DNA of 64,000 nucleotides from Patescibacteria group bacterium (GTDB lineage Bacteria; Patescibacteriota; Microgenomatia; UBA8517): NCBI GenBank assembly GCA_036835125.1, contig DAITMO010000001.1, positions 57,444 to 121,443 of the forward strand, read 5' to 3'. Shown piece by piece: positions 47,248 to 56,299 of this stretch (position 1 is its first letter; each line of letters starts with the position of its first letter). The notes under the pieces were generated by a model. It saw only the letters and a program-made list of their open reading frames with translations, ran no database searches and was not told where the DNA came from. The position numbers and the translations under genes were made by a program.

Positions 47248-47817
47248 ATGCCAATAGAAATTATTAAGCGCATGCAAAAAGAGAGAGAAGAAGAGACTGC
47301 AAGACAGAATAAAATTCGTCAGGAAGAAGAGGAAAGACAAAAGAGAATAGCGGAAGAAGCTGAAAAAAAACGACTTGAAGCTATTGAGAAAAGACAACAG
47401 TTTGTCTTAGCAACAAATCAAGAAATTGAACAAGAAAGTAATTTATTTATCTATCTTCAAAAAATAGACAAAGAGCTACTTGAAGGAAATGTTAATAAAC
47501 ACCAGGTTTTTTACTTTCCAGAGAGTGGTAAGTGTGGTTTAGTCTGGGGTTCAAATTTCGTTGTTGATTCAAAAGGTCAAATCCAAGGAAATTATGATTA
47601 TTCTTCAATTGAAATCCAAATCGATCCAGACGAAAGAACAATTACCATAAATGCAACGAATTTGACTATCTTGAAAGAAAAAGAATGGAGCAATGCACAA
47701 CTGCTCGAGCTAAAACTGGCTGAGGCTTATATGGAACCACGACGCCATACAGAATATAGAGAAAGCTATTCAAGTGATCGTGATGAGGGTGGTTGCTGTT
47801 GCTGTAGCGCAAACTAG
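47248..47817 (+). CDS. Coiled-coil protein ending in a Cys4 tail (DEGGCCCCSAN), candidate substrate of the YcaO/SagB pair
   Basis: 189 aa. Highly charged helical N-terminus, a central domain, then the C-terminal GGCCCCS immediately before the stop. Lies 35 nt downstream of the dehydrogenase gene. Confidence 0.5.
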   Translation: MPIEIIKRMQKEREEETARQNKIRQEEEERQKRIAEEAEKKRLEAIEKRQQFVLATNQEIEQESNLFIYLQKIDKELLEGNVNKHQVFYFPESGKCGLVWGSNFVVDSKGQIQGNYDYSSIEIQIDPDERTITINATNLTILKEKEWSNAQLLELKLAEAYMEPRRHTEYRESYSSDRDEGGCCCCSAN

Positions 47818-47849
47818 ACTTTTGTGAAAAACTATTCCTCTTGAATTGA

Positions 47850-48950
47850 GTGCTTCACGATATAGGCTTTATGTATGAACTGCCCTTTTTGGGCTTCAGT
47901 TTTATGGAACAGCATCAGATACCACAAAATATAAGTTCGTATCAATTTAGGCTTGTTGGAGATATGACTTTAAAACAGTTTTTCCAACTTGCTGGTGGAA
48001 TATTGGTTGGTTTAATTTTCTATTCAACTCCTTTGCCTGGACTTATTAAGTGGCCTTTTATTATTGTTTCTGTTCTTTTAGGGGCTGCAATGGCATTTGT
48101 TCCTCTTGAAGAGAGACCTCTCGAGCAATGGATTGTTGCTTTTTTTCAAGCAATTTATTCTCCAACTGTTTTTAATTGGAAGAAAACTACCGAAACTAGA
48201 AAATTTTTTGCAGATGAGGGTGCTTCTGAACCAGTTAATTCTCAGGCACAAGATGCAGCTCTTAAAAACTACTTAGGAAGTGTAAAACACATACCAGGAC
48301 CCTTAGCAAAACTTGAAGGTGCAGAACAAGGTTTTCTTTCCATGCTCTCTGGAATTTTTTCTGGAATTAAAAGCAGTTCTACTCCAATCACAACAACTCC
48401 AAGACAAGAAGCTCCTGTTGAAAAAAAGCTTGAAATACCAAAATCTGTTCCTGTTAAAATTACTTCTGATGTACGCCCTTCACATCTGGTTATCGAAGAG
48501 CGAGCCAAGAATACTGTTGCCTCTCCCCAAATACAAACACAAAAAGTTAATCCCACTATTGTTGGGGAAGAAATTGTTTCTACAAAAGAAGCAATATTCT
48601 CTGTTGATGCAGCTCCTCCTAATCCTCCAACGATACCAAATGTAATTGTTGGTCAGGTTGTAGATGAAGCAAGAAGGATTGTTGATGGAGTAATTATTGA
48701 AATAAAAGACGATTTTGGACGTCCAATTAGAGCACTCAGGAGCAACAAGCTTGGACATTTTATTGCAGTCACACCACTTGATAATGGAAATTACAGTATT
48801 GTTGGAGAAAAAGATGGATATCAATTCAGTTCTGTTAATTTTGATGCCAAAGGAGAATTAATTCCTCCTATCTTAATAGAAGGCAAAAGACTTGTGATGA
48901 ATACAACTGTAGGAACCCTAAACCCGGGTCAATCTTTACACACAAACTAA
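47850..48950 (+). CDS. Membrane protein with an N-terminal VirB3-like two-TM module and a C-terminal carboxypeptidase-regulatory-like beta domain
   Basis: 366 aa. Two TM helices near the N-terminus. The C-terminal VVGQVVDEARRIVDGVIIEIKDDFGRP...GNYSIVGEKDGY is reminiscent of CarbopepD_reg folds. Confidence 0.4.
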   Translation: MLHDIGFMYELPFLGFSFMEQHQIPQNISSYQFRLVGDMTLKQFFQLAGGILVGLIFYSTPLPGLIKWPFIIVSVLLGAAMAFVPLEERPLEQWIVAFFQAIYSPTVFNWKKTTETRKFFADEGASEPVNSQAQDAALKNYLGSVKHIPGPLAKLEGAEQGFLSMLSGIFSGIKSSSTPITTTPRQEAPVEKKLEIPKSVPVKITSDVRPSHLVIEERAKNTVASPQIQTQKVNPTIVGEEIVSTKEAIFSVDAAPPNPPTIPNVIVGQVVDEARRIVDGVIIEIKDDFGRPIRALRSNKLGHFIAVTPLDNGNYSIVGEKDGYQFSSVNFDAKGELIPPILIEGKRLVMNTTVGTLNPGQSLHTN

Positions 48951-49667
48951 ATGAATAAAATAACTAATATAAAAAACAAGATTCCTTTTTTGAATATTCC
49001 CGATAAACCCTTAACTTCCTCTACTCAGGACTTTATACCTGTTGCTGATATAACAAACGATCTTGTTATCTATAAGGATGGGGGTGCGGCTCTTGTAATG
49101 GAGTCTACTTCTCTAAACTTTGGTCTCCTTTCTGAAAAAGAACAAGAAGCAGTTATTGCTGCATACGCTGCAATGATTAATTCTTTGACATTTTCCATGC
49201 AGGTGGTTGTTCTCACACAAAAGAAAGATATTAGCTCATATTTAAATTATTTGGATACAGAGGCCAAGAAAATAACCCAACCCCTGTTAGCGAAGCTTAT
49301 GGAGAGCTACAGAGGCTTTATTACAGACTCTGTCAAAAAAAGAAATGTATTAGGAAAAAGATTTTTTGTAGTTATATATCTCTCCCCTCTTGAGTTGGGA
49401 ATTGCAAACTCAGTAAAGGCAATAACTAAAAAAAGATCAGGACCATTACCTTTTACTAAAAGCTATGTTGTTAAGAAAGCAAAAATAACACTTTATCCAA
49501 GAAGGGATCATCTTATAAGACAAGGTGGTCGTCTTGGAATTAAATTTAGACAACTATCAACAGCCGAGCTTATCAACCTTTTCTATTCAATCTATAATCC
49601 TGAAAAACCAGCAGTTAAAAAAGAACCTGAGGTTGTATTAGAAAAGAATGAACAAACTGAAAAATGA
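48951..49667 (+). CDS. VirB4/TraC family, N-terminal domain, as a separate ORF
   Basis: 238 aa, resembling the VirB4 N-terminal domain (VIYKDGGAALVMESTSLNFGLLSEKEQEAVIAAY). Its stop overlaps the next start (ATGA). Confidence 0.5.
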   Translation: MNKITNIKNKIPFLNIPDKPLTSSTQDFIPVADITNDLVIYKDGGAALVMESTSLNFGLLSEKEQEAVIAAYAAMINSLTFSMQVVVLTQKKDISSYLNYLDTEAKKITQPLLAKLMESYRGFITDSVKKRNVLGKRFFVVIYLSPLELGIANSVKAITKKRSGPLPFTKSYVVKKAKITLYPRRDHLIRQGGRLGIKFRQLSTAELINLFYSIYNPEKPAVKKEPEVVLEKNEQTEK

Positions 49668-51616
49668 ATATAAACATATTTAAGAAAGCCAATAAAGAAA
49701 AAGAGAACATTGCAACATCAACTGCTGGTATTGCCAATGTCCCCAATCAACAAACAAATACTGCACAAGTTCCAACTGTTGGCATTCAACCTCCTCTCAT
49801 CAATGTTCAATCGCCACAAGTTAATAAGCAAACAACAAATACTCAACCAGAAGCAAAACCTCTCGTTGTTTCCCCTGCTGTTTCTGTATTGAACCAGAAA
49901 ATGGATATCCTTGACGTCATTGCTCCACAATCTGTTGAAATTGATACAGATTATATTAGAGTAAATGATGTTTATTTCCGAACAATCTTTGTTGGAGGTT
50001 ATCCAAGGTTTGTTACACCTGGGTGGCTTGAACCAGTTGTTAATATAGACACATCTCTTGATATATCTTTCTATGTTTACCCTGTTGATGGGAAAAGTGT
50101 TCTTGATGATTTAAGACGAAAAATTGCAGAGATGGAAGCGGAAATGACAACAGACATTGAAAGGGGTCGTCTTGTTGATCCTGTTACCCAAGCCAAACTT
50201 GAAGATGCACAAGCACTTCAAGAACAGCTTGTAAAAGGAATTGAAAGATTCTATGAATTTGCCTTTTATATAACAATTCCAGCCAACTCTCCTGAAGAAT
50301 TAAACCAGATAACCAAACAAGTAGAGTCTCAGCTTGGTTCCTTAATGATTGTTAGTAAACATGCAATGCTTGATATGTCTGAAGGTTTCCTTTCAACTGC
50401 ACCTTTTGGGATCGATAGATTAAACATCACAAGAAATATGGATACAACTTCTGTTGCAACAACTTTCCCTCTAACCTCAACAGAACTTTCAAGTGACCGT
50501 GGAGTATTATATGGGACCAATTCTCAAAACGAGTCCTTCATTATTTTTGACAGATTCAGTCTTCCTAATGCCAACATGTCAATTTTTGCTACTTCGGGCG
50601 CTGGTAAAAGCTACTTTGTGAAGCTTGAGGCAATCCGTTCTCTTATGGTTGGAATTGAAACAATTGTAATTGATCCTGAAAGTGAATATAGAACAATTGC
50701 GGGAGCTGTTGGTGGAGAATATATTTCTTTCTCGTATAACTCGCCTGCAAAAATTAATCCTTTTGATCTGTCTCAAATCAGAGAAGAGGGAGAAAACCAA
50801 CTTGGATTAAAAATACTTTCTCTCCACTCTCTCATGAAGGTAATAATGGGAGCAATAACTCCAACACAAGATGCACTTCTTGATCGTGCTCTTATTATGA
50901 CTTACAAAGCAAAAGGAATAACAATGGATCCAGACACACAAGGAAAAGAGCCTCCCTTAATGGAAGATCTTTACAAAACATTAATTGGAATGGAGGTTGC
51001 TGAAGCACTAGACTTGGCTGCCCGTATAGAGAAATTTGTCCGTGGAAGTTTTGTTGGAATATTTGATCATCAAACAAACATAAACATTACAAATCCTTTT
51101 ACTGTATTTTCTGTAAAAGATTTACAAGAAACTCTTCGTCCAATAGCCATGTTTATCATTCTTGACTATATTTGGACCAGAGTTAAAAAAGATTTGAAAA
51201 AAAGACTTTTGATAGTTGATGAGGCGTGGCACATGATGAAGTATCCAGACACTGCACAATTTCTTTGGAGTGTTGTCAAAAGGGCTCGAAAATACTATCT
51301 AGGACTCACTACAATCACTCAGGACGTTGAAGACTTTCTTTCCCAGGACATTGGAAAGGCAATTGTCACAAATAGTGCTATGCAGGTTCTTTTGAAACAG
51401 TCCCCTGCTGCAATTGATAAAATTGCTGAAGTCTTCTATTTGTCCCAAGGAGAAAAGAGACTGCTTTTAGCTGCAAATGTGGGTGAGGGAATTTTCTTTG
51501 CAGGACCACACCATGCACCAATTAGAATTGTTGCGTCAGACGAAGAAAACAGACTCATTACAACAAAGCCACAAGAAGTTATTAAGGTGGCAACAAATCC
51601 ATACAAAGATAAGTAA
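49664..51616 (+). CDS. VirB4/TraC/CagE-family type IV secretion ATPase (C-terminal ATPase part)
   Basis: 650 aa with Walker A (GAGKSY) and Walker B (LLIVDEAWHMM), and the conserved order of VirB4 motifs. Confidence 0.85.
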   Translation: MNINIFKKANKEKENIATSTAGIANVPNQQTNTAQVPTVGIQPPLINVQSPQVNKQTTNTQPEAKPLVVSPAVSVLNQKMDILDVIAPQSVEIDTDYIRVNDVYFRTIFVGGYPRFVTPGWLEPVVNIDTSLDISFYVYPVDGKSVLDDLRRKIAEMEAEMTTDIERGRLVDPVTQAKLEDAQALQEQLVKGIERFYEFAFYITIPANSPEELNQITKQVESQLGSLMIVSKHAMLDMSEGFLSTAPFGIDRLNITRNMDTTSVATTFPLTSTELSSDRGVLYGTNSQNESFIIFDRFSLPNANMSIFATSGAGKSYFVKLEAIRSLMVGIETIVIDPESEYRTIAGAVGGEYISFSYNSPAKINPFDLSQIREEGENQLGLKILSLHSLMKVIMGAITPTQDALLDRALIMTYKAKGITMDPDTQGKEPPLMEDLYKTLIGMEVAEALDLAARIEKFVRGSFVGIFDHQTNINITNPFTVFSVKDLQETLRPIAMFIILDYIWTRVKKDLKKRLLIVDEAWHMMKYPDTAQFLWSVVKRARKYYLGLTTITQDVEDFLSQDIGKAIVTNSAMQVLLKQSPAAIDKIAEVFYLSQGEKRLLLAANVGEGIFFAGPHHAPIRIVASDEENRLITTKPQEVIKVATNPYKDK

Positions 51617-51622
51617 AAAGAA

Positions 51623-54457
51623 ATGAACGAGACTACAAGCATTAACGAAAGAAATTTAAAAGAACTTTTGGATGCCTTTGAGCACTACTTTCCCACAGAT
51701 ACAGTTTACGTATCAGACAAGCCTTTCAAGTCCTTCTATGGAGACTATAACTGGCGAAGTAGAAAAGATTTTATTGATTTTATAAAAAGGCTAACTGGAG
51801 TTGAAATAAAAAATGAAAAAGATGTTGCAAACATAAAACTTGCTCAAAATAAACTCGTAAAAATCTCCTCAGAATCTCCTAAGGAAAAACAGATTGATGA
51901 GACTACACCTGATGAAACTTTACGCTCACAGCAAGAAGAAGAAAGACAAAAACGAGAGTCTGAAATTGAAAAAACAAAACAGAATGCAGAAACGCTTGTT
52001 AAAAATACAATTCGTAAAAAACTAGAGCTTTATAAACAAAGTGAAAAATATAGAAAAACACTTGAAGGAAAAACTATTACAGTTAGCCCTCGGGGAAATT
52101 TTACAGAGGTAATTCTAACAAAAGAAGATAAAGAAAAAATCTTTAATTATGCTCAGGCTTCAAAAGACAAAGAGAACTTCCAAATACTAATTGAACAAGA
52201 ACTTAAAAAAGCAGTTGACCAATCTCCCGAAAGTACAAAACAAAACATTGATCCATCCGTAATCCACAAAACGGCTACAGACTTATCAGACAAACTTGAA
52301 ACATTTTCTGGTCTGAAAAATTCAAACGAAATTCCAGATAAAATTTATGTTTGTAACAATTCCTCCCCAATTATAGCTCTTACAGACCCCGATAACCCAA
52401 AATTAAAAAACATTATTCCAGATGACGAATTAAGAACACAGATTGCGGAATCTGCAAAGGCAGTTTCTATATCAATTGACCAAGAGAATTCAGTTCATCG
52501 AGATATCACACAACCTCTTTTCGAGAACGAAAACATTTCCTCTCTTTTTTATCCAAAAAATATAGCAAATTTTGAAATATCTGAAAAACAAGATGATCAA
52601 GAGTCAAAAGACAATGGGGTGGATATTAGTTTGAGAGATGTTTATGACAATGGAAAAGATATATGGGAAATGTGGAATAAATTGTTCAATAAAGAAATTA
52701 CTATTGAAGAAATCTTTTCTAATGGATATGTAACTTCAAAAATTCCTTTACTTCCAAAGGGTATTTCTTTTGAAACAAAAGCTGGTTCTATCTTAGTAGG
52801 ATCTCTTCCATCAACAATTGGTGCTGTCTCAGGAATATCAACAAGCATTCTTGCTAAACAGTGGTTATTATCAGGAGCTCCTGCTTCCTTGTCTCAACTA
52901 ACAACCGGTACAAAAATATTGTCTCTTCCAGAAACAGCAGGTCTTGGATTGACTGTATCTCAATCTTTATCTTTAGCAACTCCATCAATTGCTAGTGTTA
53001 CTGGTAAATTGCTTTTTGTGCCTGGAATAAATTCCGTTGGTGTAATTGTTGGAAAAGGAATAATGACAAATGGGGTTAAATTTGTCGCTGCTGGAATTAA
53101 TATAGGACAATCGTCTTTGGGTATTGTTGCTGGTGGTACAGGGTTGAAAGTTGTTGCTTCTGGGTTTATAGGTAAAGCTCTTGCTTTTCTTGGAGGATTG
53201 GGTGGTCCTGTTGGTCTTGCTGTCGGCGTTGTTGTGGGTTTTATATTTGGAAAGCTTCTTGAAAAAATTCCATGGGATAAAATTGGAAAATTCTTAAAAG
53301 AATGGGGTGGCGTAATTGGAGCCGGGATGCTCTTGGGTGGAGGTCTTTTAACTTCTATCCCCTTAATTGCCACTGGATCATTGTTTTTGATAGCAGGTCT
53401 TGGCGCTGCTAGAAGTCCAGCTGTTTTTTTGGCTGGAATATTAATTGCATTAAAGGCGATTTTAAAACCCCCTGCTCTTCAAATAGGAAAGGCTTTAATT
53501 ATTATTTTTATTGTTATTCCAATAATAGTCGCCCTATTTATGTTTATAATTAATTCCGGAGCTTACGTAGTCCCTCCGACAGTTGGAATAATGGGAGACA
53601 CTTCTCCTTATATTGGAATTGTTAAAACACCTCTTCCAGCTGGACCTTTTGAAAATACAGATCTTCCAAAAACAATAACCTACGAGGTCGTTATTACTGC
53701 CAAAAAAGGGCCTCTAACAAATGTCAAAATTGGATATGACTGTGTAGTAATAAGTAGTAGTAAATCTAATTGTCCAGCAATAACGGAAATACCCACTTTT
53801 GTCGAATCAATTTCTCCATCAAATCCATTTACTTTTACCTATACTTCAACCTATGATGGAGCTTATTCTGATTCTTCAATTATAGATACAATTACAGTAA
53901 CAGCAGACACTTCATTACAAAGTGGTGTGATAGCCGATGGCGGCGCTTCAGTAACCTTTGGCACTCCGCCAATATCTTGCCCTCTTCCTGAAGGTCAACC
54001 TTTAAATGATATGAACTATTCATATAGTGCTAATGATACCGGACACGGAAGTACTAAATACTGGAAAATGATGGGAAACCCCTATCATTATAACTTACCT
54101 CAACACTCTGGGTGTACATATCCAACCGATTGTCCTTATTATGGATATGCTTATGATGTTTTTCCAACAACAAGCATCAAAACTGTTTATGTTCCAACTG
54201 TATTAGGTAAAGAAACTACGTGGACACTCAGTGGTAGCTTTACGAATCCTAATGCTGGTTATTCACTTGTTTATACTGATACTACAGGAAACTATACAAT
54301 TACCCTTACACATTTGAATAGTCCAAGTGGTCCCAAGACAGCTAAATCAGGAACTGCAGTAAATACTCTTTTTGATCAAGGAGGAAACACTCATTTACAT
54401 ATAGAGTTCCAAATGAATGGTATTTGGGAAAAGCCAGAACTCTATTTCTGTCAATAA
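51623..54457 (+). CDS. Large membrane protein: charged N-terminal region, Gly-rich multi-TM core, extracytoplasmic C-terminal domain with an M23-like HLHxE motif
   Basis: 944 aa. Residues ~400-640 are Gly/Ala-rich hydrophobic. The C-terminal GGNTHLHIEF resembles the M23/LytM HxH motif. Weak. Confidence 0.4.
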   Translation: MNETTSINERNLKELLDAFEHYFPTDTVYVSDKPFKSFYGDYNWRSRKDFIDFIKRLTGVEIKNEKDVANIKLAQNKLVKISSESPKEKQIDETTPDETLRSQQEEERQKRESEIEKTKQNAETLVKNTIRKKLELYKQSEKYRKTLEGKTITVSPRGNFTEVILTKEDKEKIFNYAQASKDKENFQILIEQELKKAVDQSPESTKQNIDPSVIHKTATDLSDKLETFSGLKNSNEIPDKIYVCNNSSPIIALTDPDNPKLKNIIPDDELRTQIAESAKAVSISIDQENSVHRDITQPLFENENISSLFYPKNIANFEISEKQDDQESKDNGVDISLRDVYDNGKDIWEMWNKLFNKEITIEEIFSNGYVTSKIPLLPKGISFETKAGSILVGSLPSTIGAVSGISTSILAKQWLLSGAPASLSQLTTGTKILSLPETAGLGLTVSQSLSLATPSIASVTGKLLFVPGINSVGVIVGKGIMTNGVKFVAAGINIGQSSLGIVAGGTGLKVVASGFIGKALAFLGGLGGPVGLAVGVVVGFIFGKLLEKIPWDKIGKFLKEWGGVIGAGMLLGGGLLTSIPLIATGSLFLIAGLGAARSPAVFLAGILIALKAILKPPALQIGKALIIIFIVIPIIVALFMFIINSGAYVVPPTVGIMGDTSPYIGIVKTPLPAGPFENTDLPKTITYEVVITAKKGPLTNVKIGYDCVVISSSKSNCPAITEIPTFVESISPSNPFTFTYTSTYDGAYSDSSIIDTITVTADTSLQSGVIADGGASVTFGTPPISCPLPEGQPLNDMNYSYSANDTGHGSTKYWKMMGNPYHYNLPQHSGCTYPTDCPYYGYAYDVFPTTSIKTVYVPTVLGKETTWTLSGSFTNPNAGYSLVYTDTTGNYTITLTHLNSPSGPKTAKSGTAVNTLFDQGGNTHLHIEFQMNGIWEKPELYFCQ

Positions 54458-54490
54458 TTTGTATATAATTAAAATAATAAAAAAACAAAT

Positions 54491-54967
54491 ATGAATTTAT
54501 TTAAAAACAAAAAAAATATAATATTTGTTATCTTGTTAATATTGAGTGTTGTTAGTGTTATCTGGATATTGTCTGTAATTAATGGTGGAAAGAACACACA
54601 AAATACAGAGCCTGCTCCTGTTAAATTTCAACTAACAAGAACTATTCCAAAAGACAATACAACAAACGAGTTTCCGGTCGGAACTGCTATCGAGTTTGAT
54701 TTTAATAAAGAGATAGATATACAAACATTAGTTTTAAATACAACTCCAAAAACAGAAACAACTTTCGACACGAACTCAAATAAAACTGTTTTATATGTGC
54801 GTGCGGTTGGGGGATGGAAAATTAATATCCCTTATTTAATAATTGTTGATGTCAAGGATTCAGACGGACAAAGTCTTGATGAAAAAATAAAACTCAACTT
54901 TACACTAACACAACCAACATCTTCAGAAATGAATGAAATACCAGTTGATGGATATTCTTTTCAATAA
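54491..54967 (+). CDS. Hypothetical membrane-anchored protein
   Basis: 158 aa with an N-terminal TM helix and a beta-rich C-terminus. Confidence 0.35.
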   Translation: MNLFKNKKNIIFVILLILSVVSVIWILSVINGGKNTQNTEPAPVKFQLTRTIPKDNTTNEFPVGTAIEFDFNKEIDIQTLVLNTTPKTETTFDTNSNKTVLYVRAVGGWKINIPYLIIVDVKDSDGQSLDEKIKLNFTLTQPTSSEMNEIPVDGYSFQ

Positions 54968-56092
54968 TTAAATCTTCACAGGCATTATTAAATGAAGGTA
55001 TTCAGAATCTGTTGTATCTTTAAATACTCCTGCAGAAGTTGAATTTAAGAACTCCATACAAATTTCTTCACCTTTAACTGAATGAATAAATTCTTCTAAA
55101 TATCTATAATTAAAAGCTATCTCAAATTTACCATTGTTTGTTTCTGAAATATCACTTTCTATTTTTGCATCAATTTTGGCTTCCTGACTTCCTGCTGTAC
55201 TACTTTCTGCTGAAACTTTAATAGAATCCTTGAATATCTTAATTTTAACTACATTTGCAGATTCTCTGGCAAAAATTGAAGCAAGCTTAATTGCTCTTAA
55301 AAATTCTTCTTTATCTAAGAAAACTTTTATGTTTGACTCTTTTGGTATTATCTTTTCAAAATCAGGGTAATCCCCCTCAATTAATCTCGAGGATAAAACT
55401 GTATCATCGATTCCAAAAATCACTTGTTTATCCCCTTCTTCAGGTTCCATTAGAATACTTTCCCCAGTAAACACTCCCCTACTTATTTCGGACAACACAC
55501 CTTTCGGTATAACAAATGATTTTTTATCCATTAAAAATTCTTTGTTTTTAATTTTCTTTCTTGAAAGCCTAAATCCATCTGTTGCAACAAGTGAAAGCTC
55601 CCCTTTTCCTAAAATAAAGAGAACACCTGTTAGAATTGGTCTGGTTTCATCTATAGAAGAAGCAAAAGATACTTTCTCAAGTGATTGGACCAATACTTCT
55701 TTAGGAAATGAAATAGATTTCTTCTCATCTACAAAGTTTGGAACTTTTGGAAAATCACTTGAATTCATTCCTAATATTGTTGAAGAAAAACCACTTGAAG
55801 AAATTTTCAACTGTTCTCTGTCTGTTTCAATAGATATAGTCTCTTTAGGTAAATTTGAAATAAGTTCAGATATAACTTTTGCAGGAACACTAATATCTCC
55901 TTCTTCATCAATTTTTGCACCAATTTGAATTGATGCAGATATTTCTAAGTTTGTTGAAGTTATATAAATTTTACTCTTACGGGTTGTTATTAGAATGTTC
56001 CCTAAAACTGGAAGTTGTGCTCTTGTATTTGCAAATCTACTTGTTATATTAACTGCTTTTTCAATGTTTTCTTGTAATACTTGAAATTTCAT
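54968..56092 (-). CDS. dnaN: DNA polymerase III beta subunit (sliding clamp)
   Basis: 374 aa with the three-domain clamp architecture and N-terminus MKFQVLQENIEKAVN. Lies immediately downstream of dnaA. Confidence 0.9.
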   Translation of the reverse strand: MKFQVLQENIEKAVNITSRFANTRAQLPVLGNILITTRKSKIYITSTNLEISASIQIGAKIDEEGDISVPAKVISELISNLPKETISIETDREQLKISSSGFSSTILGMNSSDFPKVPNFVDEKKSISFPKEVLVQSLEKVSFASSIDETRPILTGVLFILGKGELSLVATDGFRLSRKKIKNKEFLMDKKSFVIPKGVLSEISRGVFTGESILMEPEEGDKQVIFGIDDTVLSSRLIEGDYPDFEKIIPKESNIKVFLDKEEFLRAIKLASIFARESANVVKIKIFKDSIKVSAESSTAGSQEAKIDAKIESDISETNNGKFEIAFNYRYLEEFIHSVKGEEICMEFLNSTSAGVFKDTTDSEYLHLIMPVKI

Positions 56093-56245
56093 TTTTTCTT
56101 TGTTTTTCTTATTCTGTTAATATCATATATTAAATAGTAGTTCTAGTAGTAGAAAGGGTTGATAAGTTGAAAAATATTTGTTTTTAAATTTGTTTTTCGG
56201 GATCATTTTGTGTTGATATTATGCGTAAGTATTTGTGCATAATTT

Positions 56246-56254
56246 TGTGGATAA
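56246..56254 (-). promoter_or_regulatory. DnaA box (TTATCCACA, reverse orientation) in the dnaA-dnaN spacer
   Basis: Perfect 9-mer TGTGGATAA on the + strand. Two weaker TTATCAACA-like boxes lie nearby in an AT-rich spacer. Confidence 0.6.
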
Positions 56255-56299
56255 TTGTAAAGAACATGTTGATAAGAATATTTCTCTTTAAAAATATCC

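Noticed and set aside
48269-48824. Three overlapping ORFs (48269..48556 minus, 48313..48645 plus frame, 48480..48824 minus)
   Set aside because: They are embedded in the 366-aa gene 47850..48950, which has a consistent membrane plus beta-domain architecture. No independent support.
52960-53373. 137-aa minus-strand Pro-rich ORF
   Set aside because: It is antisense to the Gly-rich TM core of the 944-aa gene. Complement of GGN codons gives a Pro-rich frame.
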